Shown in pieces: positions 37,050-52,410 of a stretch of DNA of 64,000 nucleotides. A model generated the notes under the pieces. That model saw nothing but the letters and a program-made list of their open reading frames with translations, was not told the origin of the DNA and searched no databases. The position numbers and the translations under genes were made by a program. This DNA is from Octopus vulgaris (taxonomy: Eukaryota). The stretch spans positions 151,094,001 through 151,158,000 of the forward strand of contig OX597814.1 in assembly GCA_951406725.2 (NCBI GenBank). The letters are read 5' to 3'. How positions within the stretch are numbered: position 1 is the first letter of the stretch; the number at the start of each line of letters is the position of its first letter.

Positions 37050-37751
37050 TTAAATTTATGTTGAACAAATGAGAGGAGAGTAATAAACACATATTGAAAG
37101 CACACCCCCATCACCAACACGCCAGAGATCCAGAACAAATTAATAACATATCCTTCCACTTGAAATTATAAGAAATACAAATACCACATCACAAAAAAAA
37201 GATAGCATAAACAACCAAAGTATAGGTCAGAAAAACATACCCAATCAATAAACATGAGCGAAAAGCAAATCAATGAGCAAACACAAGTACTAGGCCACAC
37301 GACACCGATACTGATTTGTAATAGTTCTCACCTGAAGATCGCAATGACAAGAAACTCTAGTCACGAAATAAATTCAGATTCAACCAAGAAAAAACAGATA
37401 TGTGTGTATGTAGAGGGGGGGTATATGCAAGTGCGTGTATGTTATGTGTGTGTGTGTGGATGGATAACCCTGATAGAATGATAACAAACGACGTATCTTG
37501 GTTAATTTTAAAACTGGCGGATTCCATCCCTCTCGTGATCTGACCTTAGTCCCTTTCCACTGAGAGAGAGAGAGAGTGGGGAGAGAAGAATCGTCCCAAA
37601 TATAGGCACTTTATTTATAGACCCTAAAAGCATGAAGAGAAAAGTTGATTTTGGCGGGATTTGAGCTGAGAGTGTAGAAAGACAAGTCGAAACGAATATT
37701 ACGATTCTTGTACCGTACAGGCTGACGCCTCATACCCCCTCACACATACAC

Positions 37752-37857
<106 letters not shown>

Positions 37858-38477
37858 TAGATAGGTAGGTAGGTAGGTAGGTAGGTAGGTAGATTTGATT
37901 GAGTGAGTGAGTGAGTGAGTGATTGATTGATTTTGATTGTATGGAAAGCGTATAGCTCTCTGGCATGGCCTCTGTATACAGTCCATGTTTCACTGTCAAG
38001 TTTCAATTCCAGTTCTGTCAGTAGTGCAGGACTTGTGATGCTGACACTGATGCCATATATAACGTTGGCCTTTGCAATCACGACAGCCATCTCACCAACA
38101 AGGGATCGCAAACGTATTATCTGTTCTTTTATCCTATCATTCCATCTATTTATTGTATACAGTCTCCACAAAGCCACGCCTGATTCACCCAAATCTCCCG
38201 CTTCCGTTTCTCTAGCGCATCATATGAATACTCATTAACTACATTTATTTACCTATGCTGCTACTCCTTATCACTTTTACCAATATTCTATTTCCGTCTG
38301 CAAATTCCCTCCTTATACGCGTATTTCCTACAGACTTAGAATTACTGATGCTTAAGCTGATCGTTCTCCACTTCCCTGATTAAATGTTACAATGAACTGA
38401 GGAACGGTGAGTGGAAGTGACGTCTCAATTATCGTCAAGCTATTCCTTGCTGTTTTTATATATGTGTATACATTATA

Positions 38478-38527
<50 letters not shown>

Positions 38528-38575
38528 AACTCGCATATGTGTTTATGCGTATATATTTACATGTCTGCGTGTGTA

Positions 38576-38616
<41 letters not shown>

Positions 38617-38980
38617 CTTGTTTCAGTCATTAGTCTGCGGCCATACTGGAGCACCGCTTTGAAGTATTTAGTCGAAGAGATCGATCCCAATACTTACTAT
38701 TTCCTTTTTTTTAGCCTGGTACTTATTCCATCGGTCCCTTTAACCGAACCGCTTGGTTACGGACACGTAAGCAAACAACTACCAGTTATCAAGGGATGGT
38801 AGGGGGCAAACACCATCACAAAGACAGTTTTCCTTTCAATTTTTATCTACCAAATAACTCACAAGTCTTTTGTCGACCCGGGTATATAGTAGATGACACT
38901 TGCCCAAGATGCCATACTGTAGGACCTAACCTAGAACCATTGGTTGAAAACCAAATACTTTGCTATAAAGCCATGCCAGC
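38617..38980 (-). mobile_element. SINE family 2 copy
   Basis: Similar to 40749-41166 throughout; tail gtttcagtcattagtctgcggccatactggagcaccgc. Confidence 0.75.
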
Positions 38981-39668
38981 GTTGTATATATAGATATACA
39001 TACATCCACATTTATATGTATGTGTGTGCATGCGTCAATATGTGTATTTGAGGATATGCGCGCGTGTACAGAGTGAGAGAGTGAGAGAGTGAGTGAATGA
39101 GAGAGAGAGAGAGAGAGAGAGTTAAGTTTGTTAAGAAAAAATCGTTTATTTTAACTTGAATTCACATCAATTTTCAAATTGCTAGGTATTAAACATTATT
39201 AATATCCACTTATTTCGAATAACATCTCAATTCCATCCAATAATGATTCCGTGTCATAAATTATAATATCATATTATTATGCCCTGACATACACTGAATT
39301 AGATTATATATCGCTGCATTGTAATGTATAGCTAAGCTAATATCAGTACATCATGCATATATATTTTATATGCGTGTATGTATATGTATGTATGTCATTG
39401 TTCAATTTTATTTCAAGACTTCTTGCCAATAGAGAAAGAGCCGGTTTCTAACCTAGATTCAAGGCTCCTTCGTTGGAATTTCAACATCAACAACAAGGTA
39501 TTTTCGTTTGTATGTATGTATGTATGTATGTATGTATGTATGTATGTATGTATGTATGTATGTATGTATGTATGTATATGTTCAGATTTGTATGTTTTGT
39601 TTTATGTGTATATTCTCATGCATATAGTTGCATATCTAAACACGCTTATATGTATGTATGTATGTATG

Positions 39669-39702
<34 letters not shown>

Positions 39703-40748
39703 TGTATGTATGTATGTATGTATGTATGTATGCATGTATTATGTATGTATTACCAGTACCCGACGTTATTCGAGTGTTGAATATGTAGAAGCAACAGTAT
39801 TTTTCAATGAGGTTTAGTGGTAAAGGTAACACCGGAAAGAGCCGTAATGGATACGGTATGTCTTTTTGTCACGCTGTCTTGGTAGCTATGCCAAGTTACT
39901 GAGGATTGGATGTCGAACTGGAACACACAAAAAAATAGCAGAGTGACACCTCATCTTATAAGAGTACTCAAGACTGCAGCATCTTCCATGTTATCATTCC
40001 AGCTTCCAGCCTCCAACAGGTATCTCCTCTACAAAGCTTCGCGGAATGTTGCATAAAGAAAATTTTGAGATCTTAGAATGAAGTTTGACGTGAATGCTGC
40101 AGAGGAGATGTCTGGGATTTAATTAGACTATTAAAATCCTTCATTTAAAATTCGTATCTAATATAAAAGCGGAAAAGCTGAAATTTCGCATGTAGTTCCT
40201 CATTTAAATGTCCTTTACGGCTGTTTCAATGGCATAAGCATCATTATTTTTATATAATTACCTAAATAAATTTCCAAATTAATACATGTTGCGCTTCATA
40301 CACTCCACTGGTTCACAGCCAGCAATTGTAGCTAAAAGGTAAAATAAATAGTACAAGTATGTTAGAAATAATCTGTCTGGTAATATATTAAGAGTAATAT
40401 CAAATAAAGTTATCTCTCAATCATGATATCAGATACTGCAAAAATAGCTCTGAGCAAATTATGTTATCCATTTCTTTGGGAGAGAAAAAATTTATGTAGA
40501 GGACAATGAACTGCTGTTTTTCTAAATATCGTATTCTCAACGATCGTTTCAGCTAATTCTGTATATAATAAAAGTTTGTTCCACAAGGATTTACTGCATT
40601 GTACAGCGTATTGGGATTTAAGGATTGAGCTCTTAATTACTGTGGATATATTTTCATCTTTATACATCAATTCTACACATAGATTTAAATATGTCTTCAA
40701 AAGTTAATATAGGATTTCAAATGCCACAGTTGATGAAAAATTATATGT

Positions 40749-41166
40749 CTTTACTTCTTACTTGTCTCAGTCATTTAACTGCGGCCATAATGAGGCAATG
40801 GCTTGAAATTTTAGTCGAATGTATCGACCCCAGTACTCATTTGTTAAAAGCCTGATACTTATTCTATCGATCTATTTGCCGAACCGCTATGCTAAAGGGA
40901 CGTAAACACACCAACACCGGTTGTCAAGCGGTGGTGGGAGCACAAGCACAGACACAAAGATACACTCACATTGATACATACATATACATATTTACGACGG
41001 ACTTCTCTCAGTTTCCGTCTACCAAATCCACTCACAAGGATTTGGTTGGCCCGGAGCTATAGTAGAAGACACTTGTTCAAGGTGCCACGTGGTGGAACTG
41101 AATCCGGAATCATTTGAATCATTTGGTTGGGAAGCAAGCGTCTTACCATACAGCCGCGCCTGCGCC
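40749..41166 (-). mobile_element. Full-length tRNA-derived SINE family 2
   Basis: Minus strand: ggcgcaggcgcggctgtatggtaag (A-box), ccggattcagttcc (B-box-like), gtggcaccttgaacaagtgtcttctactatagc core, internal CA/TA repeat and LINE-like tail. Confidence 0.85.
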
Positions 41167-41335
41167 TACATTATTCGAAAGGAAACATTTTCGTTGTTTC
41201 GGATTTAAATTTATATAGATTAACATACATAGAAATCATGCTTACTTATATCGCTCTAACAGTATTTGTAACAAAACCGAAAAATAGTTATATTTTTACA
41301 CAATATATTTTGACATGATATTCAGAAATGTTAGA

Positions 41336-41531
41336 CGGCGAGCTGGCAGAATCGTTAGGCGAAAGGCTTCGCAGTGTTTCGTCTGCCGTCACGTTCGGAG
41401 TTCGAATTCTGCCGTGGTCGACTTTCCCTTTCATCTTTTTGGGGTCGATTAAATAACTATCAGTTACGCACTGGGGTCGATGTAATCGACCTAATCCCTT
41501 TACCTGTCCTTGTTTGTCCCCTCTATGTTTA
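41336..41531 (+). mobile_element. SINE family 1 (shortened tail B) with 13-bp TSD
   Basis: gatattcagaaat at 41317-41329 and 41532-41544; B-box gagttcgaattc. Confidence 0.85.
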
Positions 41532-42529
41532 GATATTCAGAAATACTTTTTTTTTTTTTTTTTTTTTCATTTAAAAAATCTGATCTTCGAAACCCTAGTA
41601 CGCAGTTTTAAATACCAAGGAAGATAGAAATAATTCATTCCTTCATTATTTCAGGAGTTATGCACTATTTATGTGACAGTTTCCTTTAATAAATTTGAAA
41701 TATATTCAAACAATATAAAAATTAATAGCCCGATTTAGCAACCCATAAAATGTTTGAAGTATATACGAATATGAATTAAAAACAATGAAAGAATAAATTA
41801 TATTTTATTTTCCATCGTACTTGAAACCATACATACAAGTTTTTGAAGATAAAATTCTTTTTAATGAGGAATTTTAATAAACTCAACATTTCAACGTTCG
41901 GTCTATGTATGTTTGATTTATATGAGACGTGGGAGAAAGTATATGTGAGTGATTGACCGAGAGAGGGGTTAAAGATAGATGGTTAAAGAAGTGATAAGCT
42001 GACAGCGTTTCTATACTCTTGTTCAATGACTACATCATTATAACTTTCAGTCTATCTCTCTCCTCTTCTATTCTATTTCTCTTTCTCTCTGTCTCTGTCT
42101 GTCTCTCTCTCTCTCTCATTCTCTCTCTCTCTCTTTCTCTCCCTTTCTCTCTTATTTTGAATCATCTGTTTTACCCCTAGTGGAACCTTGAGACTGGAAT
42201 TGCCTTCTTTTTTTGCATCATTTGTGTTGCTTTTCGGCAAATTTTGGCGAATATTCATTGAAAAATGGCTACGTTCATTTAAGATACAATCGATGATCAT
42301 GTACATACATCCATACATACATTTTATATATATATGTAATGTTTATATATATATATATTGGCCTGCTCGCTTAGCCAGCGGGGTGGCGTCATTTGAAGGC
42401 TAAAACAATGCGAAGCGCATTGTGACCAGCGATGTGTAGCAACATCTGATAGCCTGGTCGGTCACGGTGATATATATATATATATATATAATGTTTTATA
42501 TATACATATTTTAATTTTTTTATTTATGC

Positions 42530-44470
42530 GTTTCAGCCAAGTGGCTGCGGTAGTGCTGTAGCACCACCATGACTTTCCCTCCTTATGCTGTGCTCCCAGC
42601 ACGTTCCTTGCATGGCTCTTCTCCGCCACCTGATGTAGTCGAATCAAGACTTTCGATGGCACATCTGGTGTATAAGAGAATTTGACATCGTGCCCTCAAC
42701 TGTGTCTCATTTCGAGCCATCGGTTCGTCTGGTATCGTGGATAGGAAAGTGTCGAGTTTTGTTTTGAAGACCTCTACATCCATGTCTTGTAGGTCTCTCA
42801 ATTGTTTTAGCAGGGCATTAAAGAGCTGAGGTCCTCTGAAACCGAGGCTGTTGCAGTACCTTGTTCTTACGTGAGATGCAGTGGACGGTACCCTTGGTAC
42901 TATGCAGTGGCGACCTCTGCGGGCATTCGTGTAGTACTTGATGACAAAGTTTGGTACCAGTCCTTCCAGTATTTTCCATATGTAAATTATTACATATCTT
43001 TCCCGCCTGCGCTCCGGGGAGTAGAGACTTAGTGCCTTCAGTCGCTCCCTGTAGTTCATCTGCTGGACTGTAGCGATCTTCTTTGTATAGTGGCGCTGAA
43101 TTGCCTCGAGTTCTGCTGTCAGCTTGACACTGTGTGGTGACCACAACTGAGCGCAATAGTCTAGGCGGCTCAGAACAAATGTCTTCCATAGAGTCAACAT
43201 GACATTTTGATCCCTTGTTCTGAATGTCTTAAGTATCCACCCTGCCAGTTGTCTGCACTTTGCTGTCAACTTGACAATGTGCATGTGAAATGATGCATCA
43301 CTACACACTCTGATGCCCAGGTCTCTCACTGTTTGTGATTCTGGGATTGCAGTACCTCCAAGTCCTGTGTATGCCAATTGGGGGACACTTGTGGCCTTGT
43401 AGCGCAGTACTTGAAATTTGTTATGATTGAACCGCATATCATTTTGCTCTGCCCACTTGTATGTTGCATTTAGGTCATTCTGCAGGCTTATGACATCATC
43501 AGGATTCTTTATTGCCTGAGATAATTTTGTGTCATCAGCGTAGCTACTGTGACAATGGCTGTCCGAGTGACCGTGGGCATGTCCAGAAGTGCTACTATGA
43601 ACAGTAGTTGCCCCAGGACAGTTTCTTGTGGAACACCGCTCAATATTTGCGTTTCCCTAGATAATTCCCCATTGGCTGCAACTGTCTGACTTCTACCATC
43701 CAGGAAGTCATGCAGTCACTCTCCTAATTTACCAGCTATGCCAAGGTTTCGCAGCTTGTGATATGTCATGATCAATTTTGTCAAAGGCTTTTGCAAAGTC
43801 GAGATATATCACATCAACATTTGAATGGTCAAGTAGCTGCCCCAGGACCCAGTCATAATGCTGCAAGAGCTGCGTGAGGCAGCTTCTACCTGGACGGAAA
43901 CCATGCTGGGTCTCATTCAGCAAGTCATTTTCTTCTAGGAATGCAATCAGCCTCCTTCTGACAATTCGTTCCATGACTTTGCTAATATGTGAAGTCAGAG
44001 AGATGGGCCTGTAGTTCCCAGCCTCTGCTCTGCTTCCACCTTTGTGGATAGGACATATGATGCCTTCCTTTAGTTTTTTGGGAAGTTTAACACTTGTAAG
44101 GAATCTCTGGAAGAGTATCCGGGGTGGTCCCGCTAATTCTTGTTTACATGACTTTAGGAGGACAGCTGGGAAACCATCGGGGCCAGTTGCCGAATTTGAG
44201 CTCATTTCGTTTATGGCCACTATTATATGTCAATGTAGGTAATTGATGCAGTCTTTTTCTGCTGAGTGATATTGTCAAAGAAATCAGCTGGGTTCTTTAT
44301 CTGCATGTGACTCAGAGGAGAAGTGAAAACACTCTTGAATTGTGCACTGAGCACTTCACTTATCCATTTGGGGTCCGCAGTCAGTGAGCCATTAGGCAGG
44401 AATAGGGGTCCTATTTTGTACTGTGCCGTGGCAATCTCCTTTACAAATCTATAGAAAGCCTTGGGGTTTG
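42530..44470 (-). mobile_element. CR1-group LINE, 5'-truncated and frameshifted
   Basis: ATGPDG, NYRPISLTS, QHGFRPGRSC, YLDFAKAFDKIDH, YADDTK and IPDEP. ORF pieces 43729-44220 and 42583-43437. Confidence 0.92.
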
Positions 44471-44526
44471 TTTTGTTTTTGTTTTGTTTTTTTTGCCTTT
44501 TACTGCACTCTTCTCCTTCTCCTTCT

Positions 44527-44588
<62 letters not shown>

Positions 44589-44709
44589 AGTGGGCGGATT
44601 GCACGGGGGACAAATTTTGGATGGATTTTAAAATTGATTTGTGCAATATTGATGGAATATTATTATCTCCCAGTGGCGTTGGAGAGAGTAGAGATTAAGT
44701 TTTTTTAGT

Positions 44710-45137
44710 CAACCCCAATAGTCAATGACTCTCATACCATCTATCTTTCTTGTTATTGATCTGTAATGTTTCTACTTTCATAATGAGTTGCTTCGTATGG
44801 GAGGACCACAGTGGGAAACAGTATTCAAGGTGGAGTCGGGCAAAAGTAGAGTAGAGAAGGATGATGTGTAGGCATCTCTAAACCGGAAAGTTCTCAGAAT
44901 CCAGGAGCACATCTTGCAAGCCAACCTTGCTGTTTATGTGGGAACTCCAAATTAGATTGTTATCAACAATTACTCCAAGTCTATGGTATTGTTGGACGAG
45001 ACTAGGGGGCCGCCCGAGGGAAGAGCATATGGTAATTTCATAGTAAATTCTTTTTCAAAGTGGATTAAATCAAACTTATCTTCATTTAGAAGCATATTGT
45101 TTTTCTCCGCCCACTGGACAATAGCAAACAGATCTGA
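44710..45137 (-). mobile_element. Degenerate CR1-group RT fragment
   Basis: Minus strand gives DLFAIVQWAEKNNMLLNEDKF and DLGVIVDNNL, similar to 21700-21920. Confidence 0.65.
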
Positions 45138-45139
45138 TA

Positions 45140-46405
45140 GATAGGATTCTCCAATTAATCATAAGTATAGGAAGCTCTTTAATAGGCATAACCTAAAAAT
45201 TAGTTTTAGTTCAACTACTAAGTTTAAAAATATAATTGCACACAATACACAAAAACAATAACATGAAGCCGGCTGTTCCTGCAGAGATAAAAATTTGTAC
45301 CCGCTAAATGGAGCTTGCGTTACCGAGGCCATCATTTATGAAGTCATCGTAGCCTCTTCAACCACTAAGGACACAGTTTCTCCAGAGAAATATGTAGGTC
45401 TCACAGGGGGTAATTTTAAAGCCAGGTTCAATAATCACACCTTAAGCTTCAGGTACGAGGATAAAAGAAAAAAAACAAATTATCCAGTTATATATGGTCT
45501 TTAAAATAACAAGGTGTCAGCTATAAGATTCACTGGAAGGACTTGTAAGTGTAAACCTTACATCAACGGCAGTGGAAGGTGCGGTCTTTGCGATATGGAA
45601 AGGTGGCTCATCTGGAAAAGTTCTTTAGATCCTGCTACATGTCTAAATTCAAGAATTGAACTTTTGGGGTCATGTCCATATATGACAAAACACTCGTTAT
45701 GTTTTGAGGCTCCCCAAGATCGCAGATAGAACCTGCGTTTTTGTATTATTATATTATGTCCATTATTATTATTGTATTATTATGTTATATATATTTTATT
45801 GCTTTATATATATTTTCTGTATATTATTTTTCCCTCTTTCATAATTGTGTGACTATTTACACGTGTAGTATTTGTATGTATAAGCGTATACCAAATGTGT
45901 ATGTGTGTGCATGTGTACATGTATACGCATACGTGTACATATACGAGTGTAAGACTGTATCCGTTCTACTTGTCTCCTTCCTTCATACATATATGTATGT
46001 ATATACGTTTGTATATCTGCAGGTGTAGATGTGTTTGACAGACATGAGGATGTATTTGTGTATATATATATATGCACCCCTATACATACATGACTCATAT
46101 GTATATTCAAGTTTTACGGCTAATGTGAATGTGTTTACGGTTTATGTTTTTGCGTATGTGTTTTTATTTGTATAAAGTTTATATATCTACGCGAGGATGA
46201 TGTTGACTATGTATTTATACGTATGTGTGTGTATATTTGTACATATATATGCATATGCGGGGTTTTGTATATCAGCGTATTTCCATATGCGTATAGAGAT
46301 GTGTACATGAACACAATGATCTATGCAACTGGCACATATACGTGTGTATGTGCGTGTATGCGTGTATGCATATATATGTGTGTGCATGTTTACATGTGTA
46401 TAGAA

Positions 46406-46436
<31 letters not shown>

Positions 46437-46444
46437 AGTATATG

Positions 46445-46526
<82 letters not shown>

Positions 46527-46790
46527 CGTACGTGTATGTATATGTGTGTACATGTGTGCATATGCAGATTCTATGAACGAAGTTTTACTTTTTCCACGCC
46601 TATTGGAGTAACTTCCCTTTATTCACCGGCTTTTTTTCATAGCGTGTTTGTCTTAATAACGGATGAGATGCCGGAGCAGGCTTCAGGCCCGACATCATTA
46701 TGACAACTAACTGATTGTCCTATATTATATTTATAAATAAATTCCTCTATTTACATAATATCGATGTCTCAGTCATTCTTTTGTTGTCAT
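45140..46790 (+). mobile_element. Penelope-like element 3' part (GIY-YIG, resembling the Naiad type), frameshifted, with 3' UTR
   Basis: IIYEV...KYVGLTGGNFKARFNNHTLSFR, then CKPYING...CGLC..E...CLNSRIELLGSC. A decayed hammerhead-like region lies near 46670-46720. Confidence 0.75.
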
Positions 46791-46870
46791 ATTATTATTA
46801 TTAATAATATACATATATATATATTATTATTAATAATATACATATATATATATATATATAATGTTATATG

Positions 46871-46907
<37 letters not shown>

Positions 46908-47065
46908 ATGTAAAATATATACATATATATAATGTTATATGTAATATATATATAACGTTATATATATATGTGTGTGTGTGTGTATTAATGTCTATTTACA
47001 TGTATATAGTGTTATATGTATATTTGTATATATATCTATATACTATATATATTATATATATATTT

Positions 47066-47119
<54 letters not shown>

Positions 47120-47849
47120 CGTTCTATGTATATTTACATATATATCTATATAATGTTATATGCATAATTAGATATATATATATTGTGTTATATGTGTAGT
47201 TACATGTGTGTGTGTGTGTGTGTGTGTGTTTGTGCAATGTTATATATATATATATACTATAGAAATAAGGATAAGATGGAGTGAGAATAGCTTACTGAAA
47301 GAAGGGATAATTATCCTAATAATAATGATAATATGAATGTGCTACAAAAGATGAAGAAACTCTTATAAACAGGTAATCTGTATATAGAATGGTGAAAACC
47401 TGAACGCTAAAAAAATGCGAAATGTTGAAAACAATAGCGAGAGATATTAGAAGATAAGTGGTAAGATTAAAATATAAATGAAAATTAATCAAATATAAAC
47501 AATCAAAGATAAATAAGGAATCAAATAATAGAAACTAATAAAAATATGAAGAATAAACAGTGTGAAAATGTGGAGTAAATAGTGCTCTCGGAAGAGATGA
47601 GATAGATAGAGAATTACAAGAATGTGGTAAATGCTAAAAGTTGTTAAGAAGTTAAAAGTGTGTTATAGGTTTTACCAGATGGGAAAATGGAGTAATGTGT
47701 GGCTGGAATTTAGGAAGATAGTAACGTAATTTATGACAGACAGAATAAAACGTGAGGTATAACAGAAAGAAGAGAAGAAGGAAAGGCGGAGAGAAAAGCT
47801 AGAGCTCATTACAGGTGAGCAGAATGGTTGAGGAGGCCTGCAAATACAT

Positions 47850-48100
47850 AAACTGGTACTCCGTCGGTTCCGAAGACAAGGGTTCCTGCTCGTGAAATTA
47901 ATGTGCAAGTGACTAAGCACTCCATAGCAAGTGTACCCTTAACGTAGTTCTCAGGGAGATTCAACGTGACTCAGAGTGTGACAAGACTGGCCCTTGTGAA
48001 TTACAGGTACAACTCATTTTTGCCAGTTCAATGGACTATAGCAACAGGAAATAAAGTATCTTGCTCTAAGACACAACGCATCGCCGGGTATTGAACCACA
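47850..48100 (-). mobile_element. SINE family 3 (CORE-like centre)
   Basis: Minus strand ggttcaatacccggcga...gttgtgtcttagagcaagatactttatttc; the centre is shared with 57524-57800. Confidence 0.6.
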
Positions 48101-48539
48101 TAAACACTTTCGTAAACTACTATTAAAAGTAGGACCATACTTTCATAAACTACAATTAAAAGTAGGACCATACTAGCAAGTCATACTCGCTTGCGAGTAT
48201 CAGCCGTGTTACTTTTTTTCTTCTTTTTTTGTTATATTAATTGAAATTTCAATAAAATTCCTATAATATCGACAATAAATCTCTTCACTCATGTTTCAAA
48301 GTTAAATTTCCCTACCGACCGATACATTATATTATATGATTCAGGCACAAACATTCAAAAATGTCTATTCATATTCAACATTATTGAGAAGGCAGAAGAA
48401 TTTGTAGAATGATATTCTCTATAAACAGATAATTATGCTTGAGAATATCGAATATCAAAGCCATCGTAAGTGGGTGTAAAAATAGATGTGATAAATTGAT
48501 ACTTTAATATTCCAGTGTTTTTTGTCTCTTCTTTTTCAG

Positions 48540-48581
48540 GGTTTCTTTGTGGCGCTGCTTTTCTGTTTTTTGAATAGTGAG
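48540..48581 (+). CDS. 42-nt TM7 exon of the class B1 GPCR
   Basis: tttttcag acceptor and gag|gtaagt donor, phase 0-0. Reads GFFVALLFCFLNSE and joins the previous exon to give NSLQ|GFFVA (class B1 SxQG...CFLNxE). Confidence 0.95.
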
Positions 48582-49187
48582 GTAAGTTTTACACATTCTT
48601 TTATCCTTTGTCGGTCTCGTCTACTTATCTCTCACTAAATATGAACATATATACATATCTGCATCTGCAAACATACAAACGCATACAACCACATACACAC
48701 GTTCACACATACATATATATATATATATATATACACACATGTCTATACTTATAAGTATGCCGTGGCATATGGTCATATATATAGATACATATATATGTAT
48801 GTATATATATATATATATATATATACGTGTCCATATATATATATATATATATATATACGTGTGCATATATATATATATATATACGTGTGCATATATATAT
48901 ATATATATACGTGTGCATATGTATATATATACATATATATATATATGTTTCTATATACATATATTTCTATGCATGCACACATATATATATATGTTTATGT
49001 ATATATACAAATGTATACATATATATATATATGTATGTGTGTGTATACATATGTACATATATGTATATACTCATATATATATGAATATAAACATATATAT
49101 TTATATATACATACAAAAATATTCATATATATTTATATATATATTTATATATATGTATATTTATATATATATATTTATATATATGTA

Positions 49188-49226
<39 letters not shown>

Positions 49227-49243
49227 TTATTTATATATATATA

Positions 49244-49300
<57 letters not shown>

Positions 49301-49350
49301 ATATATTTATAAATATATATATATATATATATATTTATAAATATATATAT

Positions 49351-51140
49351 GATTGATTGATTGATTGATTGATTCCAGTTCCAGCCTATGAGCTGTGGCC
49401 ATGCTGGGGCACCGCCATTTGGTGTTGCTACTTGGTTTCACTTCATGGAGGCTTTCTAGCAACTGCTATTTGGTGCATGAGAGAGTTCGATGCAGCTGCC
49501 CTCATCTGCCCCTCCTGCCGTGAAGTTGGTTCATCTGGGACACCTGACAGGAAGAGATCCAGCTTCATTTTAAAGACATCTGTATCCACCCCATGCAGGT
49601 CTCTCAGGTTCTTCGGGAGGATATTGAAGAGCTGTGGGCCTCGGAAGCCCAGGCTATCACAGAATCTTGTCCTACATCTTGATGGCAGGTTTGGAGTCCT
49701 AGGCACCACGCAGTGGCGCCCAGTTCTGGCATTTGTGTAACTCTCGATGCCAAAGTTCAGGACACTTCCCTCCAGGATCTTCCAGATGTATATTATGGCA
49801 TATCTTTCCCGCCTACGCTCCAGGGAGTATAATTTTAATCTCTTGAGTCTTTCCCAGTAGCTTACATTCTGCATAGAGGCTATCTTCTTTGTGTAGCTTC
49901 GTTGGATCGCCTCAAGTTCTGTGATCAACTTGACACTGGATGATGACCATAGCTGAGAGCAATAGTCAAAGTGGCTTAGGACAAGTGTCTTCCAGAGGAC
50001 CATCATGGTTTCTTGTTCTCTTGTTCTAAAGGTTCTAAGAATCCAGCCAGCCAGCCGTCTACATTTCACTGTCAGTTTAGCAACATGTACATGAAAGGTC
50101 GCGTCATCACTCATGTGAATACCCAGGTCACGCACTGATTGTGCCTCTGGGATTGCAATCCCTCCGGGTCCAGTGTGTTCATTGGGTATTGCATTCAGTT
50201 TTGCATGCTGATAGTATAAATCTTGAAACTTTTCAGCATTGAACTGCATGCTATTCTTTTCAGCCCACTTGTATATTTCGTCCAGCTCACATTGCAGGTT
50301 TTTAGTGTCCTCAGGGTTCTGTATTGCCAGTGAAACTTTTGTATCATCTGCATAACTTGTGATCGTGGATCTCTGCGTGGCTGAGGGCATGTCTGAGAGG
50401 GCCATTATGAACAGTAGTGGTCCCAAAACAGTGCCCTGTGGAACACCACTCATTATTTGCGTGTTAATGGAAGTGGCCCCATTGGCTACTACCACCTGAC
50501 TTCTATTCTTCAGAAAGTCGTGAAGCCATTCTCCTAGTTTTCCAACTATGCCAAGATCACGCAGCCTGTGACATATCATTCCGTGATCGACTTTATCGAA
50601 GGCCTTTGCGAAGTCGAGATATATGACTTCCACATTTGAGTGGTTGAGCAGTTGTTTCAGCACCCAGTCATAGTGCTGCAGGAGCTGAGTTAAGCAGCTT
50701 CTTCCTGGTCGGAAACCATGTTGGGTGTCAGGCAGCAAGTCATTTTCTTCAAGGAAGGTGATTAGTTTCCTTCTGACTATTCGTTCCATGACCTTGCTGA
50801 TGTGTGAGGTCAGAGAGATAGGTCTGTAGTTCTTTGCCTCCGCTCTGCTACCTCCTTTATGAATAGGGCATATTTTACCTTCCTTCAGTCCCCTTGGAAG
50901 TTTGCCAGCTGCAAGGAAGCTCTGAAAGAGGGACTGCAGTGGTCTTGCTAAGACTCTCTTACATACTTTTAGGAGGATTGCCGGGAATCCATCGGGGCCA
51001 GTAGCTGAGTCTATTTTCATTTCATCTATAGCCTTTATTACATCGTCTTCCTTTATCTCGATGTAACTTATCGTCGCCGCCTCTGATTCTATATCTGCAG
51101 TGGTAAAGAAGTCAGTTGGATTGCTGATTTGGAAATGCCC
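49351..51140 (-). mobile_element. Young 5'-truncated CR1-group LINE with an uninterrupted 525-aa RT ORF (49443-51020) and (AATC)n tail
   Basis: SGVPQGTVLGPLLF, YADDTK, YLDFAKAFDKVDH and VPDEP. (GATT)n at 49351-49374. Confidence 0.95.
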
Positions 51141-51154
51141 AAGGGGTGGAGTGA

Positions 51155-51965
<811 letters not shown>

Positions 51966-51979
51966 ACATATTTTTCTGT

Positions 51980-52193
51980 AGTTTCAGCACATAGCTGCGG
52001 CCTTACTGATGCACCGCCGTTTTGCTATACTGTTATTACTGAGATCCTCCTTCAATATGTGACACTTGGTGGAGAATGGAGTTTGATGTAGCTACTCTCA
52101 CTTGCACCTCTTGCCGTGAGGTAGGTTCATCTGGGACTCTCGACAGGAAGAGGTCCAGCTTTGATTTTAAAACGCCTACATCTACTTTGTGCA

Positions 52194-52260
<67 letters not shown>

Positions 52261-52410
52261 AAACCTGTGGGCCCCCGAAACCCAGGTTGTTGCAATAACT
52301 GGTCCTCAAGCACGAGGTTATTGCTGGGATCTTTGGCACTCTGCAATGTCGACCTGTTCTGGCATTGGTGTAGCTGTCAATGCCAAGATTTGGCACAATT
52401 CCTTCCAGGA
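51980..52410 (-). mobile_element. CR1-group LINE 3' fragment interrupted by (TA)n
   Basis: LEGIVPNLGIDSYTNARTGRHCRVP...NNLGFGGPQ is homologous to the C-terminus of the 49443-51020 ORF. Confidence 0.85.

Noticed and set aside
48113-48173. Short tandem duplication (taaactac.attaaaagtaggaccatac twice)
   Set aside because: Ordinary local duplication with no further structure.
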